64,000 nt of DNA, from NCBI GenBank assembly GCA_045648665.1, contig JAZROL010000006.1, forward strand, positions 179 through 64,178. Reading direction: 5' to 3'. The notes under the pieces were generated by a model. That model ran no database searches and had not been told where the DNA came from. It saw only the letters and a list, made by a program, of their open reading frames with translations. Source of the DNA: Candidatus Enterousia sp. GTDB lineage: Bacteria > Pseudomonadota > Alphaproteobacteria > Rs-D84. The translations under genes and the position numbers were made by a program. Below, piece after piece: positions 44,761 through 54,349 of the stretch (positions are counted from its first letter, which is position 1; every line of letters begins with the position of its first letter).

Positions 44761-45984
44761 ATGCAAAATAACATAATGCAACTATATAAACGTGCGTTAA
44801 ACGAACGTGAAATTTGGTTAAACCGTTGGAAAACAGCGATGCGATATACGAATCCAACTGATGATATAGATGCTGCAACTTTATTTGATGCAACTGCATC
44901 TGATGCGGTGGATAATTTGGCTGCATCAATGTATTCTTTGTTGACACCACCTGAATCTTTGTGGATAAATCTGGTGCGTGAAAGCGATTTATCTCCAGAT
45001 GCAGAAAATGCAACAGCTGTATTGCGCGCGCATTTGAACGATTCAAATTTTTATACAACAATTCATCAATGCTATACTGATTTAGTCGTTTTAGGAACAG
45101 CATGTTTGTTTATGGCTGAAAATCCAATAGGCGCAGATTCCGCTTTCTCGTTTACTGCAATTCCAATGACAGATATAGCGTTGTTGCCGGGGGCAGTTTT
45201 TCACACTACATCAATGCCTGCGTGCGATGTCATGGAAAAATATCCAACTTTTGTTTTTCCTGATAATTTGAAAAACACAATTAAATCAAATCCTCAAACA
45301 CCAATTAGATTAGTGCAATCATTAATAGGGCAAGATTTTACAGCCTGGGTCGATGTTGGCGGAGATATTGAAAACAATATTGTTGCGCGTGGAACATTTG
45401 AAACAAACCCATATATAATTTTCCGTTGGTCTTTGTTAAGTGGTGAAATTTATGGGCGCAGTCCTGTTTTGCGTGCGTTGCCAGATATAAAAACGGCAAA
45501 CAAAGTTGTTGAATTGGTTTTGAAAAACGCGACTATCGCGGTCAGTGGTATTTGGCAGGCAGACGATGATGGAGTGATAAATTTATCAAACATAAATTTA
45601 ACTCCAGGTGCAATTATACCAAAAGCAGTGGGCAGTTCTGGATTAACACCATTATCCAGTGGAGCTGATTTCGACGTTTCACAAATAGTATTGCGTGATT
45701 TGCGCGATAGAATCAGACATACGCTTTTAGCGGATAGACTTGGTTTGTTGTCTGATAAAGAAATGACAGCAACTGAAATATTGGCGCGCAATAGTGATAT
45801 GGTAAGAATTTTAGGTGCTACATATGGTCGTTTATTGCATGAATTCATTAAACCTTTGTGTGAACGAGGATTGCAGATATTATCACGTCGTGGTTTGATT
45901 GAACCAATTTCTCTGCACAGTGATGCGGAATTGAAATATATTGCGCCGATTGCCCAAATGGCACGTGAAGAAATGTCGATATAA
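44761..45984 (+). CDS. Portal (head-to-tail connector), T7 gp8-like
   Basis: N-terminal RWKTAMRYTNP...DATASDAVDNLAASMYSLLTPPESLWINL matches the connector-family pattern. 407 aa. Directly after TerL. Confidence 0.6.
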   Translation: MQNNIMQLYKRALNEREIWLNRWKTAMRYTNPTDDIDAATLFDATASDAVDNLAASMYSLLTPPESLWINLVRESDLSPDAENATAVLRAHLNDSNFYTTIHQCYTDLVVLGTACLFMAENPIGADSAFSFTAIPMTDIALLPGAVFHTTSMPACDVMEKYPTFVFPDNLKNTIKSNPQTPIRLVQSLIGQDFTAWVDVGGDIENNIVARGTFETNPYIIFRWSLLSGEIYGRSPVLRALPDIKTANKVVELVLKNATIAVSGIWQADDDGVINLSNINLTPGAIIPKAVGSSGLTPLSSGADFDVSQIVLRDLRDRIRHTLLADRLGLLSDKEMTATEILARNSDMVRILGATYGRLLHEFIKPLCERGLQILSRRGLIEPISLHSDAELKYIAPIAQMAREEMSI

Positions 45985-45995
45985 GGATTTATAGT

Positions 45996-46196
45996 ATGAC
46001 TGATATTGAAAAAGAATATGCGCGTACTTTTGCAAGTGCTTCTGGAAAACAAGTATTGGCCCATTTGCGTTCTATAACAATAGAACGCATTTTGGGGCAA
46101 AATGTATCAAATGAAGAATTACGCTGGTGGGCGGCGCAGAATGCCTTGGTCCATCAAATAGAAAATTTAATAAAAAGGGGGAATAATCCAACATAA
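45996..46196 (+). CDS. Bbp19-like small phage protein
   Basis: FASASGKQVLAHLRSITIER...ELRWWAAQNALVHQIENLI resembles the Bbp19 (Bordetella phage BPP-1) domain pattern. Confidence 0.45.
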   Translation: MTDIEKEYARTFASASGKQVLAHLRSITIERILGQNVSNEELRWWAAQNALVHQIENLIKRGNNPT

Positions 46197-46237
46197 ATTC
46201 ATAACATAAACATTTACTGCGGATTATTATATAACAA

Positions 46238-46498
46238 ATGCAAAAACAAAATAATTTTATGATTTTTTTAGATGTTTTGCGGGATAGTTGGTTTCTTATT
46301 GCGTTCGTCGCCGGCATTATTTATTGGGTCGCACGCCAGGATTCTTCACTGTCTGAACTAGAACGTCAAAATCAACGTATAACATCACTGGAAAACAGAA
46401 CTACTATTTTAGAATCAGGAATAGGCCAATTACAATTAAAAATAGACGGGATAAAGGAAGATGTCACTTTGATAAAAAGTGCAGTTATAAAAAACTAG
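46238..46498 (+). CDS. Membrane-anchored coiled-coil protein (86 aa)
   Basis: One TM (WFLIAFVAGIIYWV) followed by a coiled coil. Last gene of the cluster. Confidence 0.45.
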   Translation: MQKQNNFMIFLDVLRDSWFLIAFVAGIIYWVARQDSSLSELERQNQRITSLENRTTILESGIGQLQLKIDGIKEDVTLIKSAVIKN

Positions 46499-46848
46499 AT
46501 GGCATTTTTTGCCCAATAAATTTTGTTTTTACAAACAACAATAACATCAAATCTGGCATCGCCCATCCAATGTTTATTTATAAGAAAAGTTTCTGCCGCC
46601 CGGCGCAGACGTGCGGATTGTGCCGGTGTAATCGCGGCCCATGCAGCGCCGACGCTTTGCCTGTTTTTTACTTCTACAAAAACAATAGTATTTTTGTGTT
46701 TTGCGATAATGTCTATTTCGGCGCGGTTTGTGTTTTTACCGGTTATGTACCTGGATTTTAAAATGCTGTATCCATGAAAACGCAAATACCATCGTGCCAG
46801 AAATTCTGCCCAAAGCCCAACTGTATAAGATGTTTTATTAAAAAGCAT
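46495..46848 (-). CDS. yraN: YraN-family (UPF0102) endonuclease
   Basis: GLWAEFLARWYLRFHGYSIL...EIDIIAKHKNTIVFVEVKNR is the typical YraN pattern. Start moved to MLFNKTS. Confidence 0.8.
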   Translation of the reverse strand: MLFNKTSYTVGLWAEFLARWYLRFHGYSILKSRYITGKNTNRAEIDIIAKHKNTIVFVEVKNRQSVGAAWAAITPAQSARLRRAAETFLINKHWMGDARFDVIVVCKNKIYWAKNAI

Positions 46849-47644
46849 ATGGTTTTGCCTGGAAATTTTCACGCGCAGATATAATATTTTCTGCGGCATC
46901 ATTTGCTTTTAATCCATTGTCGGTCAAAATCAATTGACCATAATATGCTTGCATCATAGGTTCGTGTGCATTTTCTGCAGAAATCCATTTGTCTTCATCT
47001 GAATTTGGTTTGCCGTATTTATCTATTACGCCCTGCCAAAAAGCCAATAACTTTTTTTCTCTTTGATTTTCGAAACGCGTATCAGCACCATCTAAATCAT
47101 TTGCATCATTTGTGTAAACTATCTTCCATACAAGATTATCTGTCGCATTGCTGGTAAAATAAATGTCCAATTTTTCACCCGTAAAAGGCCGTTCCAGATG
47201 AATTTCGGACACGTAGAGCAATCCGCGATTACGTGCTGTTGAATAAATACAATTATTAAGTGCCTCTGGAACAAAAACATTGTTTTGACGGCATTCGTAA
47301 TCCAGGTTATATTTCCATTCTTTGTCTATTGTGTAAACAACGCTGTCTTTTTGACGTGGGGCATACAAACCGCCATTATCAAAAAACAAATTATTTATTT
47401 CATCATAATTCATTCCCAACATAACGCCGGCTATATCAAATTGTTTTACATTTAAAACATCTGCATCATCATTTAGATATACATAATCAAGGTTTACATC
47501 AGTATCTTCACTTTCGACCGTTGCAAAATTATTAAATGAAAAATCATATTCATCTGCATAAACATTTATTGTGTTTAAATTAAACACAAAACATAAAATC
47601 ATAAAAGATAAAAATTTCTTTAACATATTACTTTTTCCCATCAT
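46838..47644 (-). CDS. Secreted hypothetical protein (268 aa)
   Basis: Signal peptide MLKKFLSFMILCFVFNLNTINVYA. No motif. Confidence 0.55.
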   Translation of the reverse strand: MMGKSNMLKKFLSFMILCFVFNLNTINVYADEYDFSFNNFATVESEDTDVNLDYVYLNDDADVLNVKQFDIAGVMLGMNYDEINNLFFDNGGLYAPRQKDSVVYTIDKEWKYNLDYECRQNNVFVPEALNNCIYSTARNRGLLYVSEIHLERPFTGEKLDIYFTSNATDNLVWKIVYTNDANDLDGADTRFENQREKKLLAFWQGVIDKYGKPNSDEDKWISAENAHEPMMQAYYGQLILTDNGLKANDAAENIISARENFQAKPYAF

Positions 47645-48344
47645 CTATATCCGATACTACGAATTTAAACATATTTACAGGATCCAACCCAGATTCCAAA
47701 TATTTTTGAATATTGAAATATTGGATATCTTTTTTGTCTGGTTCTGTATATATGCCCACAGGTATTTTGTCCCAAATCCCTGGTTTGAAAATAGCCTGGA
47801 TATAAATTATACCACTTTCAGTTTTTGGTTCAACCGCCATAAAATTGGATTCGTCCCATGTCAAAGTATAATATTTCACAGAATAAAAAACAGGACGTGG
47901 AATAACGGAATTATAATAATCGTATCCCTTTGGCAAATCTATTGCTGCGATACCGTCATCCGGCACCATCACCAAGCGAAACTTACCCTGTGCAGACATT
48001 GTTGCTATTTCTGGGGCCATATTTTTTTTCCAATATTTATATGCTGCTTCATCAGACATTGTTTCCAGAACGGAATTATTGGTTAAATTTTTTATTCCAG
48101 GAATAACTTTGAAATATTCTGCAACATATTTTTTTATCAGTTTATTTCTTAAATCAACCGCGGACATATCATTTATATTTTGCAAAGCACCAACGCGCTG
48201 ATTTTTTAAATAATTCATTTGAAAAATATAACTTCTTACTGACATATTTTCATTTGCACGATAAATAAAAGCGGCACAAATCACCATGAAAAATGTCACG
48301 ACCAACAACAATATACCAATAAAGAAATGTTTTATTTTGGTCAT
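47628..48344 (-). CDS. Membrane-anchored periplasmic protein (238 aa), possible VirB8/NTF2-like fold
   Basis: Single N-terminal TM (FFIGILLLVVTFFMVICAAFIY). Fold guess is from the layout only. Confidence 0.4.
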   Translation of the reverse strand: MTKIKHFFIGILLLVVTFFMVICAAFIYRANENMSVRSYIFQMNYLKNQRVGALQNINDMSAVDLRNKLIKKYVAEYFKVIPGIKNLTNNSVLETMSDEAAYKYWKKNMAPEIATMSAQGKFRLVMVPDDGIAAIDLPKGYDYYNSVIPRPVFYSVKYYTLTWDESNFMAVEPKTESGIIYIQAIFKPGIWDKIPVGIYTEPDKKDIQYFNIQKYLESGLDPVNMFKFVVSDIDDGKK

Positions 48345-49066
48345 TGACTTATCCTGTATGAATTAAATGTTTCTATGTAATATCCAAGTGTTGTTGGATA
48401 TATGCCTTGTTTGCGGGATACTTTTACAAAAGCCAACACATCAAATTGTCCGTTAACGGTTGAATTGATTGTTGCGTATATTTGCCAAGTGCTGCCATTT
48501 TGTGTGACAGAATGCGGGACTTCTTCCATTTTTACGATTGTCCAACGTTCGGCTTTTTCAGCAATTCTAGCGCGATATTCCGGTAATACTTTTGTTTTAA
48601 ATTCTTCAAATACATCATCATCGGCTTTACAAGATATTGCACATTTTATGTTATCGGGAATAAATTGTTCGTCTGCACCACATTCATCAACAGAGCATTC
48701 ACGCCAACGCAATTCGTTTGTTGATTGGTTGTTTGAGATTGTAAACCAATCCGTCATAAAATCATGAACCAGATTTTTCTGAATAACTTGATATTGTTCA
48801 ACTTTGTCTTTTGTGCGTTTTCCAGGATAGGCGACAACAGTCCAACTGTTAGTGAAAGGATTAATCGATATTAAAAAGGGATAATTCTTTTTAAGATGCA
48901 CACCTAACAAAACAAAACCGCATGCACAAAATATCAAAAAGAAAACAACACTTATCCAAACAGAAACACGGCGCGACAATGCTATGGATTTGCCCGCCGG
49001 AAAAGAAGGTATGTCAAAATTGTTTGGATAATCCAATGCTACGCCCCCCTGTTGTCTGTTTGTCAA
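48341..49066 (-). CDS. Membrane-anchored periplasmic protein (241 aa), possible VirB8/DotI-like fold
   Basis: TTG start. Cytoplasmic N-terminus, one TM (VWISVVFFLIFCACGFVLLGV), periplasmic domain with the LVHDFMTDWFTIS pattern. Confidence 0.4.
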   Translation of the reverse strand: MTNRQQGGVALDYPNNFDIPSFPAGKSIALSRRVSVWISVVFFLIFCACGFVLLGVHLKKNYPFLISINPFTNSWTVVAYPGKRTKDKVEQYQVIQKNLVHDFMTDWFTISNNQSTNELRWRECSVDECGADEQFIPDNIKCAISCKADDDVFEEFKTKVLPEYRARIAEKAERWTIVKMEEVPHSVTQNGSTWQIYATINSTVNGQFDVLAFVKVSRKQGIYPTTLGYYIETFNSYRISQ

Positions 49067-49072
49067 TACGTT

Positions 49073-49228
49073 TTACGCTTGATAAACCAAAATACAAGCG
49101 CAAGGACTCAATTTCAATTCATTGTTATCGTAACCAATGCTGACTGGTTCGGCATCGTAAACCTGGCCACAGCCGGCAAAAGAAACTGCGACGACAACCA
49201 ATGCAAGAACAGATAATAACTTTTTCAT
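49073..49228 (-). CDS. Small lipoprotein (51 aa), not in the ORF track
   Basis: MKKLLSVLALVVVAVSFAGCGQVYDAEPVSIGYDNNELKLSPCACILVYQA. Lipobox FAGC. AAGGAG RBS. 6 nt upstream of the next gene. Confidence 0.6.
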   Translation of the reverse strand: MKKLLSVLALVVVAVSFAGCGQVYDAEPVSIGYDNNELKLSPCACILVYQA

Positions 49229-49294
49229 ATATTCAATCTCCTTTCTTTTTTGAAATTATAAGAAATATTCAAGCCCTACGTCAAGACAAAACAA

Positions 49295-51580
49295 TTAAAA
49301 CTGTGTTTCAAACGAAAGCAAGAATCTTTGTTCCTGGTCATATTCATTTACTTTCAATGGCCAACCCCATGAAAAATTCATAGGTCCCATAGGCGTATTC
49401 CAATAAACACCGAAACCAACCGATGTGCGCCAATCTTCATCTATGGTGTTATCTTGTAATTGATGAGTATATGGATTCATATACTGAAATTCCTTTCTTG
49501 GTGGACGTCCCAAAATACCATAATCAGCAAATACGAAACCTTTGACCTGATATTCATCTGGAATAAATACAGGGAAGTTTAATTGGGTTGAACCGTTTGC
49601 CTTCCATAATCCACCAAGCGAATAACTGCGGAAGAAACTGTTCCGCGAACCTATACCCGCAACTTCAAAACCACGTAAAGATTCACCACCAAGGAAATAA
49701 CGATAAACACGCGGTATATAATTATCGCTTTCCAATGATTGCAGATACCCAAAATCCCATGAAGAACGCAATTGCCACCTGTCATCAAAGAATTTAATCA
49801 TACCTATGATATCAGCATTGTATCGCATAAAAGTATTTGTGCCACCAAAACCGGTATATGTTGCGCCTATGTTTCCAACAACACCTGTGTGAGTGTTTTG
49901 TTGGAAATTAGTGTTTAAATTATAATAACGTAAATTTGTTCCCAACGCATACAGATTTGCTTCACGCCAGCCACCTAGTTGCAAATCATAGTTTTGATCG
50001 AATGTTGCAGATAAACGTAACGTTTGTGTCCAATGGTCTGTTAAACGCCAGCCCAAACGTCCCGCAACCATAAAAGAATCACGATCATAACCATAGCCAC
50101 CCAATTGAGAATATTTGTATTGTGTATAAGATACATCAAATCCACCAGATAATTCACGATTAAATAAAAACGGTTCTGTGAAACTGAACATCGCCTGGCG
50201 TTGATACTGTGCAATAGAACCCTTGATTTGTACAATTTGTCCGCGTCCCATGAAATTGTTTTCGGTAATTCCGGCATCAACCATAAATCCGTTTATGCTT
50301 GACCATCCAAATCCACCAGATAATTCGCCGGTTGGTTGTTCTTCTACCTTTACATCCAAATTCATCATATTTGCATCGGCCAAACGTGTGGGCACCATTT
50401 GCACGTCTTTGAAATAACGTGTGTGCATTAAATTCTGGCGGCCCGTTTCAATGGTTTGTAATGAAAAAGGATCACCTTCGCGCATTGGCAGATGATGTTC
50501 GATAACACTGTCAAAAGTACGCACATTACCCAACAAATTTATAGAATTGATGTAAATACGATTTGTTTTTTTGATTTCAAATTTCAAATCAACAATGCGG
50601 GTGTCATCATGTTTGTCCGGAATAGGTTCAACATTAATAAATGCGTAGCCATGTTCCGCAACCACACCACGCAAAGCGGTCATAGTTTCGTCTACTTTAT
50701 CAATATTATAAATGTCTTTCTTTGATATAGTTAATGCTTTGTACAATTCTTTGTCAGGGACATCAGGGAAAGGGTTAACAATAGTTATATCGCCAATTTT
50801 ATATTGATTTCCTTCGTCAACAGTAAATTTTACAGAATAATATTCACGATCTGGTGTAAATTCACCTTTTGCCTCTGTGACACGAAAATCAAGAAATCCA
50901 TTGCGCAGATAAAATTGTTGCAGCATTTGTTGATCATATTGAATTCTGTCTTCGTCATAAACATCGAATTGCGTCATAAAACGCCACCATGCATGTTCAC
51001 GTGATAATATTTCTTTGCGCAAAGTACCAGAACGGAATTTTTTGTTGTTTTCAAAATCTATATTGCGAATATAAGTAGGGTGGCCTTCACGTATTTCATA
51101 AACAACATTTACACGATTATTGTCCAATTCAATTTTCTTTGGGTTAATTTTAGTTCCAAAAAAACCTTTGCGCTGGTAAAGTGTCAACATGCGTTGAACG
51201 TCGCCACCGATAACAGATATATCATACGAAGCACGTTCTTTTGTTCGTATTTCTTTTTTTAAATCTTCGGTATCAATTTCATCATTTCCTTCAACTGTCA
51301 CCATATTTATTATGGGGGCCTCTGTGACATTTATTTTTAAAATGTCACCATTCAATGATGCATTAACAGATGAAAAATAACCGCTGGATTGCAATTTCTT
51401 TGCAATGTTATTTACTGTTTCAGAATTAACATTATCACCTTTCTTTACATCCGCCAGAATACGCACAGATTCAGCATCCATACGTTGATTGCCGTTAACA
51501 TCAATACGAGAAATAATCGCCGCATGAACATTTTGTGCGATAATCATAGTTGGTAAAATTAGCAATAGTTTGTGTTTCAT
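49295..51580 (-). CDS. bamA: Outer membrane protein assembly factor BamA (Omp85)
   Basis: 761 aa. Signal peptide, POTRA repeats, C-terminal beta-barrel ending ...RFLLSFETQF (terminal Phe). Confidence 0.92.
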   Translation of the reverse strand: MKHKLLLILPTMIIAQNVHAAIISRIDVNGNQRMDAESVRILADVKKGDNVNSETVNNIAKKLQSSGYFSSVNASLNGDILKINVTEAPIINMVTVEGNDEIDTEDLKKEIRTKERASYDISVIGGDVQRMLTLYQRKGFFGTKINPKKIELDNNRVNVVYEIREGHPTYIRNIDFENNKKFRSGTLRKEILSREHAWWRFMTQFDVYDEDRIQYDQQMLQQFYLRNGFLDFRVTEAKGEFTPDREYYSVKFTVDEGNQYKIGDITIVNPFPDVPDKELYKALTISKKDIYNIDKVDETMTALRGVVAEHGYAFINVEPIPDKHDDTRIVDLKFEIKKTNRIYINSINLLGNVRTFDSVIEHHLPMREGDPFSLQTIETGRQNLMHTRYFKDVQMVPTRLADANMMNLDVKVEEQPTGELSGGFGWSSINGFMVDAGITENNFMGRGQIVQIKGSIAQYQRQAMFSFTEPFLFNRELSGGFDVSYTQYKYSQLGGYGYDRDSFMVAGRLGWRLTDHWTQTLRLSATFDQNYDLQLGGWREANLYALGTNLRYYNLNTNFQQNTHTGVVGNIGATYTGFGGTNTFMRYNADIIGMIKFFDDRWQLRSSWDFGYLQSLESDNYIPRVYRYFLGGESLRGFEVAGIGSRNSFFRSYSLGGLWKANGSTQLNFPVFIPDEYQVKGFVFADYGILGRPPRKEFQYMNPYTHQLQDNTIDEDWRTSVGFGVYWNTPMGPMNFSWGWPLKVNEYDQEQRFLLSFETQF

Positions 51581-51583
51581 TTT

Positions 51584-51832
51584 TTACTTTACATTTTGTT
51601 GTCTTTCGTAATGTGGTGTGTTTGCAGCCTTTGCCCATATGTTTAATGCTTCGTTTACGGATGTGTCAGCAGACAATTCAAACCTTATTTCTTTTGTTTT
51701 TGAAGGTATTACAACCAACACTTTCTTTGTGTTGGAAACTCGTGCATGTTTAACAGCATTTTCAATAACCTCTCTTAAATTTTGGTATTCTTTTGCAACG
51801 TAAACATTACCAGCTGTATTTTCATTTGCCAT
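51584..51832 (-). CDS. Hypothetical protein (82 aa) between rseP and bamA
   Basis: ORF only, tightly packed in the operon. Confidence 0.4.
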   Translation of the reverse strand: MANENTAGNVYVAKEYQNLREVIENAVKHARVSNTKKVLVVIPSKTKEIRFELSADTSVNEALNIWAKAANTPHYERQQNVK

Positions 51833-51845
51833 TATCTTATCCTTT

Positions 51846-52904
51846 TTAATTCAATCCAAATACACGCGCTATATCATTCCACATAGTGAAAGCGAATAAC
51901 ATAGCAATTAAAACCCATCCGACCAATATAGTTATTTCCATTGCTTTGCCACCCAGTTTGCGACGAGTGATAGCTTCTATTATCAATATCAATAAATACC
52001 CGCCGTCTAACACTGGCAAGGGTAATAAATTTATCACACCTAAATTTACAGAGAGCAGGGCGATAATTGATAAAAACACAAAGAATCCCGCTTCTAATGC
52101 ATGACCGGAAACCTGTGCAATAGTGATAAATGATCCAAGTTGTTTTGAAGAACGTTCGCCAGTCACAATCTGTTTTAATACGACCAGTAAAGTTTTAGAT
52201 TGGTGATATGTTTCCCGCAGACCAGAATATATCGCGCCAAAAAAACCTTTCTTGCGAATGGTGGTTTTGCTGCCGTCCGCAATCAGACCCCATCTTTCTG
52301 CAGGCGACAAAGTGACACGAATCAATTTGTCTTTGCGTGCCAACAAAACATCTGCATCATGTTTATCCGCCAATTCTTTTGCGATGATTAATTCGCCCCA
52401 GTTATCAATGCTGGCTTTATCTATTTTCATTATGATATCGCCTGGTTTTACGCCGGCTTTAAAAGCAACACTGTCGCGAACAACTTGGCCTATGACTGGT
52501 AATTGCACTGTTTTTGGCCTGAACATAAAATCGGCAGAATAAATGATCCATGCCAACATAAAATTCATAAAAACACCGGCGCCAATAATTATAAATTGTT
52601 TCCAAGCGGGGACAGACAAATAATGTCCAATCTTTTTAGATGCAGGTAATTCTGCATATTTTTTACGGTTGAACATGTCTTCTTGGCCATATATAGATAC
52701 ATAGCCACCCAATGGCAAACAACATAATTTCCATACTGTATTATGCTTGTCGGTCCATTTTAATATTGCCGGGCCAAATCCAATAGAAAAAGCATTAACG
52801 GTCACACCCGCCCAACGTGCGGCCATAAAGTGCCCAAATTCATGGACAAACACCACAACACCTAAAACAATCAACAAAGCCACAATAGTTAAAACAGTAT
52901 GCAT
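51846..52904 (-). CDS. rseP: RIP zinc metalloprotease RseP (site-2 protease)
   Basis: HEFGHFMAAR HExxH in TM1, PDZ region, NLLPLPVLDGG. Confidence 0.92.
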   Translation of the reverse strand: MHTVLTIVALLIVLGVVVFVHEFGHFMAARWAGVTVNAFSIGFGPAILKWTDKHNTVWKLCCLPLGGYVSIYGQEDMFNRKKYAELPASKKIGHYLSVPAWKQFIIIGAGVFMNFMLAWIIYSADFMFRPKTVQLPVIGQVVRDSVAFKAGVKPGDIIMKIDKASIDNWGELIIAKELADKHDADVLLARKDKLIRVTLSPAERWGLIADGSKTTIRKKGFFGAIYSGLRETYHQSKTLLVVLKQIVTGERSSKQLGSFITIAQVSGHALEAGFFVFLSIIALLSVNLGVINLLPLPVLDGGYLLILIIEAITRRKLGGKAMEITILVGWVLIAMLFAFTMWNDIARVFGLN

Positions 52905-52916
52905 ATCTATAAATCC

Positions 52917-53573
52917 TTATCCTATTATGAACCAAATCAAGGGCAACACGTAAATCCAGCCATCAAATCTGTCCATTATTCCGCCATGCCCAGGCAAAAT
53001 ATTTCCAAAATCTTTTATATTTAATTTGCGTTTTATCAAACTGGCGGTCAAATCACCATATTGTGAAAGCAGGGATACACCAATACCTATCCATAATAAT
53101 TCAGGCATAAATATATCTGTTCCTAATAATCCATACATCAGGGACATGCCCGTTCCGCAGACAATACCGCCGATTTGTCCGGCCCATGTTTTATGTTCCG
53201 AAATTTGAGGCCACATTTTATCGCCACCAAATATTTTGCCAAATAACCATCCGCCAACATCTGCGCCAACTATAATCATTAACAACCATAAAATTATCCA
53301 TGGACGTGCACCAACGATATACGCTGCGCCTAACATCACAAACAACCATGCGACAAAAGCAATGAACAAAACCGCATTTTTGCGAAAGTTTTCTTTTTTT
53401 GTTTCGGTTATTCTTTTGATGGTTTCAACAATTCCACCACACATAATCAACACGCACAGCCAACGAACGGAATGTATATTTGGATAAAAAACCTGTATCA
53501 CAAAAGCAACAGCCAACACCGCAATCATAATTGCACCAGTTATAATTCTTAATTTAGTATTAGATATTTTCAT
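52917..53573 (-). CDS. cdsA: Phosphatidate cytidylyltransferase
   Basis: Polytopic. C-terminal SLIKRKLNIKDFGNILPGHGGIMDRFD signature. Start moved to MKISNTK (ATGA overlap with uppS). Confidence 0.9.
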   Translation of the reverse strand: MKISNTKLRIITGAIMIAVLAVAFVIQVFYPNIHSVRWLCVLIMCGGIVETIKRITETKKENFRKNAVLFIAFVAWLFVMLGAAYIVGARPWIILWLLMIIVGADVGGWLFGKIFGGDKMWPQISEHKTWAGQIGGIVCGTGMSLMYGLLGTDIFMPELLWIGIGVSLLSQYGDLTASLIKRKLNIKDFGNILPGHGGIMDRFDGWIYVLPLIWFIIG

Positions 53574-54328
53574 TTTATTTTCCCTGCGTAATTTTTCTTT
53601 TTTCCACCGCCAAAGCGACGATCGCGTTTTGCGTATTCGTCCAAAACATGTTGCCACAGTTTTTCTGATTTAACCAAATCAGGCCAATGTTCCGGGACAA
53701 ATAACAATTCAGCATAAGCCAATTTCCAAAGCAAGAAATTAGAAATTCTGTTTTCATTACTTGTGCGAACCATCAAATCCACGGGCAACAAATCCCCAGT
53801 ATCAAGAAACGTTTCAAATGTATCTTTATCAACCGGATTTCCAGCGGCAATCGCGTTGTTTACGGCGCGTACAATTTCATCTTGTCCACCGTAATTCAGA
53901 GCAAAAACAACCGTTCCGTTTGTGTTTTCTGCAGATACTTCTTCCAATTTATCACATAAATCAGCCAATTTTTTTGGCAATCTGTCACGTGAACCAACAA
54001 CACGATAACGCAGATTTTTTTCAACCGCATGTTTCATGTTTTTATTTAATTCCGTGTAAAACAGTTTCATAAGAAAATCGACTTCTTCTTTTGAACGATT
54101 CCAGTTTTCAGTTGAAAAAATATAAAAAGTGATTGTTGAAACGCCATGTGATATAAACCAATCAACCAAGTTTTCAAAATTAGAAATACCTGCCTGATGG
54201 CCAGCCAATGGCGGCAGGCCACGATTTTCAGCCCATCTGCGATTTCCATCACAAATAAAAGCAATATGCTGTGGAATCTTTGCGTTTTTCTGTGATGCTG
54301 GTTCTTTCTTTTTGAACAGTTTTAACAT
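53570..54328 (-). CDS. uppS: Undecaprenyl-diphosphate synthase
   Basis: HIAFICDGNRRWA, FSTENWNRS, RISNFLLWKLAYAEL. Confidence 0.93.
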   Translation of the reverse strand: MLKLFKKKEPASQKNAKIPQHIAFICDGNRRWAENRGLPPLAGHQAGISNFENLVDWFISHGVSTITFYIFSTENWNRSKEEVDFLMKLFYTELNKNMKHAVEKNLRYRVVGSRDRLPKKLADLCDKLEEVSAENTNGTVVFALNYGGQDEIVRAVNNAIAAGNPVDKDTFETFLDTGDLLPVDLMVRTSNENRISNFLLWKLAYAELLFVPEHWPDLVKSEKLWQHVLDEYAKRDRRFGGGKKKNYAGKIK

Positions 54329-54349
54329 ATTTGTATCCTGAATTATAGG

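Larger units (their letters stand above)
33647..46498 (+). mobile_element. Podovirus-type (T7/BPP-1-like) lysis-head-tail gene cluster; cryptic or domesticated, with no integrase or replication module of its own type
   Basis: Contiguous + strand genes for endolysin-like, holin-like, scaffold, capsid, adaptor, nozzle, fibre N-domain, TerL (two pieces), portal and Bbp19-like proteins. Bounded by birA and yraN. Confidence 0.7.

Noticed and set aside
45450-46100. 216-aa minus-strand ORF inside the portal gene
   Set aside because: It is antisense to a well-supported portal ORF and carries no motif. The same reasoning applies to the other antisense ORFs in the track (e.g. 8929-9372, 15486-16016, 20684-21109, 25702-26205, 29389-29787, 47571-48086, 41406-41822).
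52905-52916. Absence of dxr between cdsA and rseP, and of tsf-pyrH upstream of frr, in the otherwise conserved frr-uppS-cdsA-rseP-bamA cluster
   Set aside because: This is only a synteny difference. The genes may simply lie elsewhere, and nothing in the sequence itself is anomalous.
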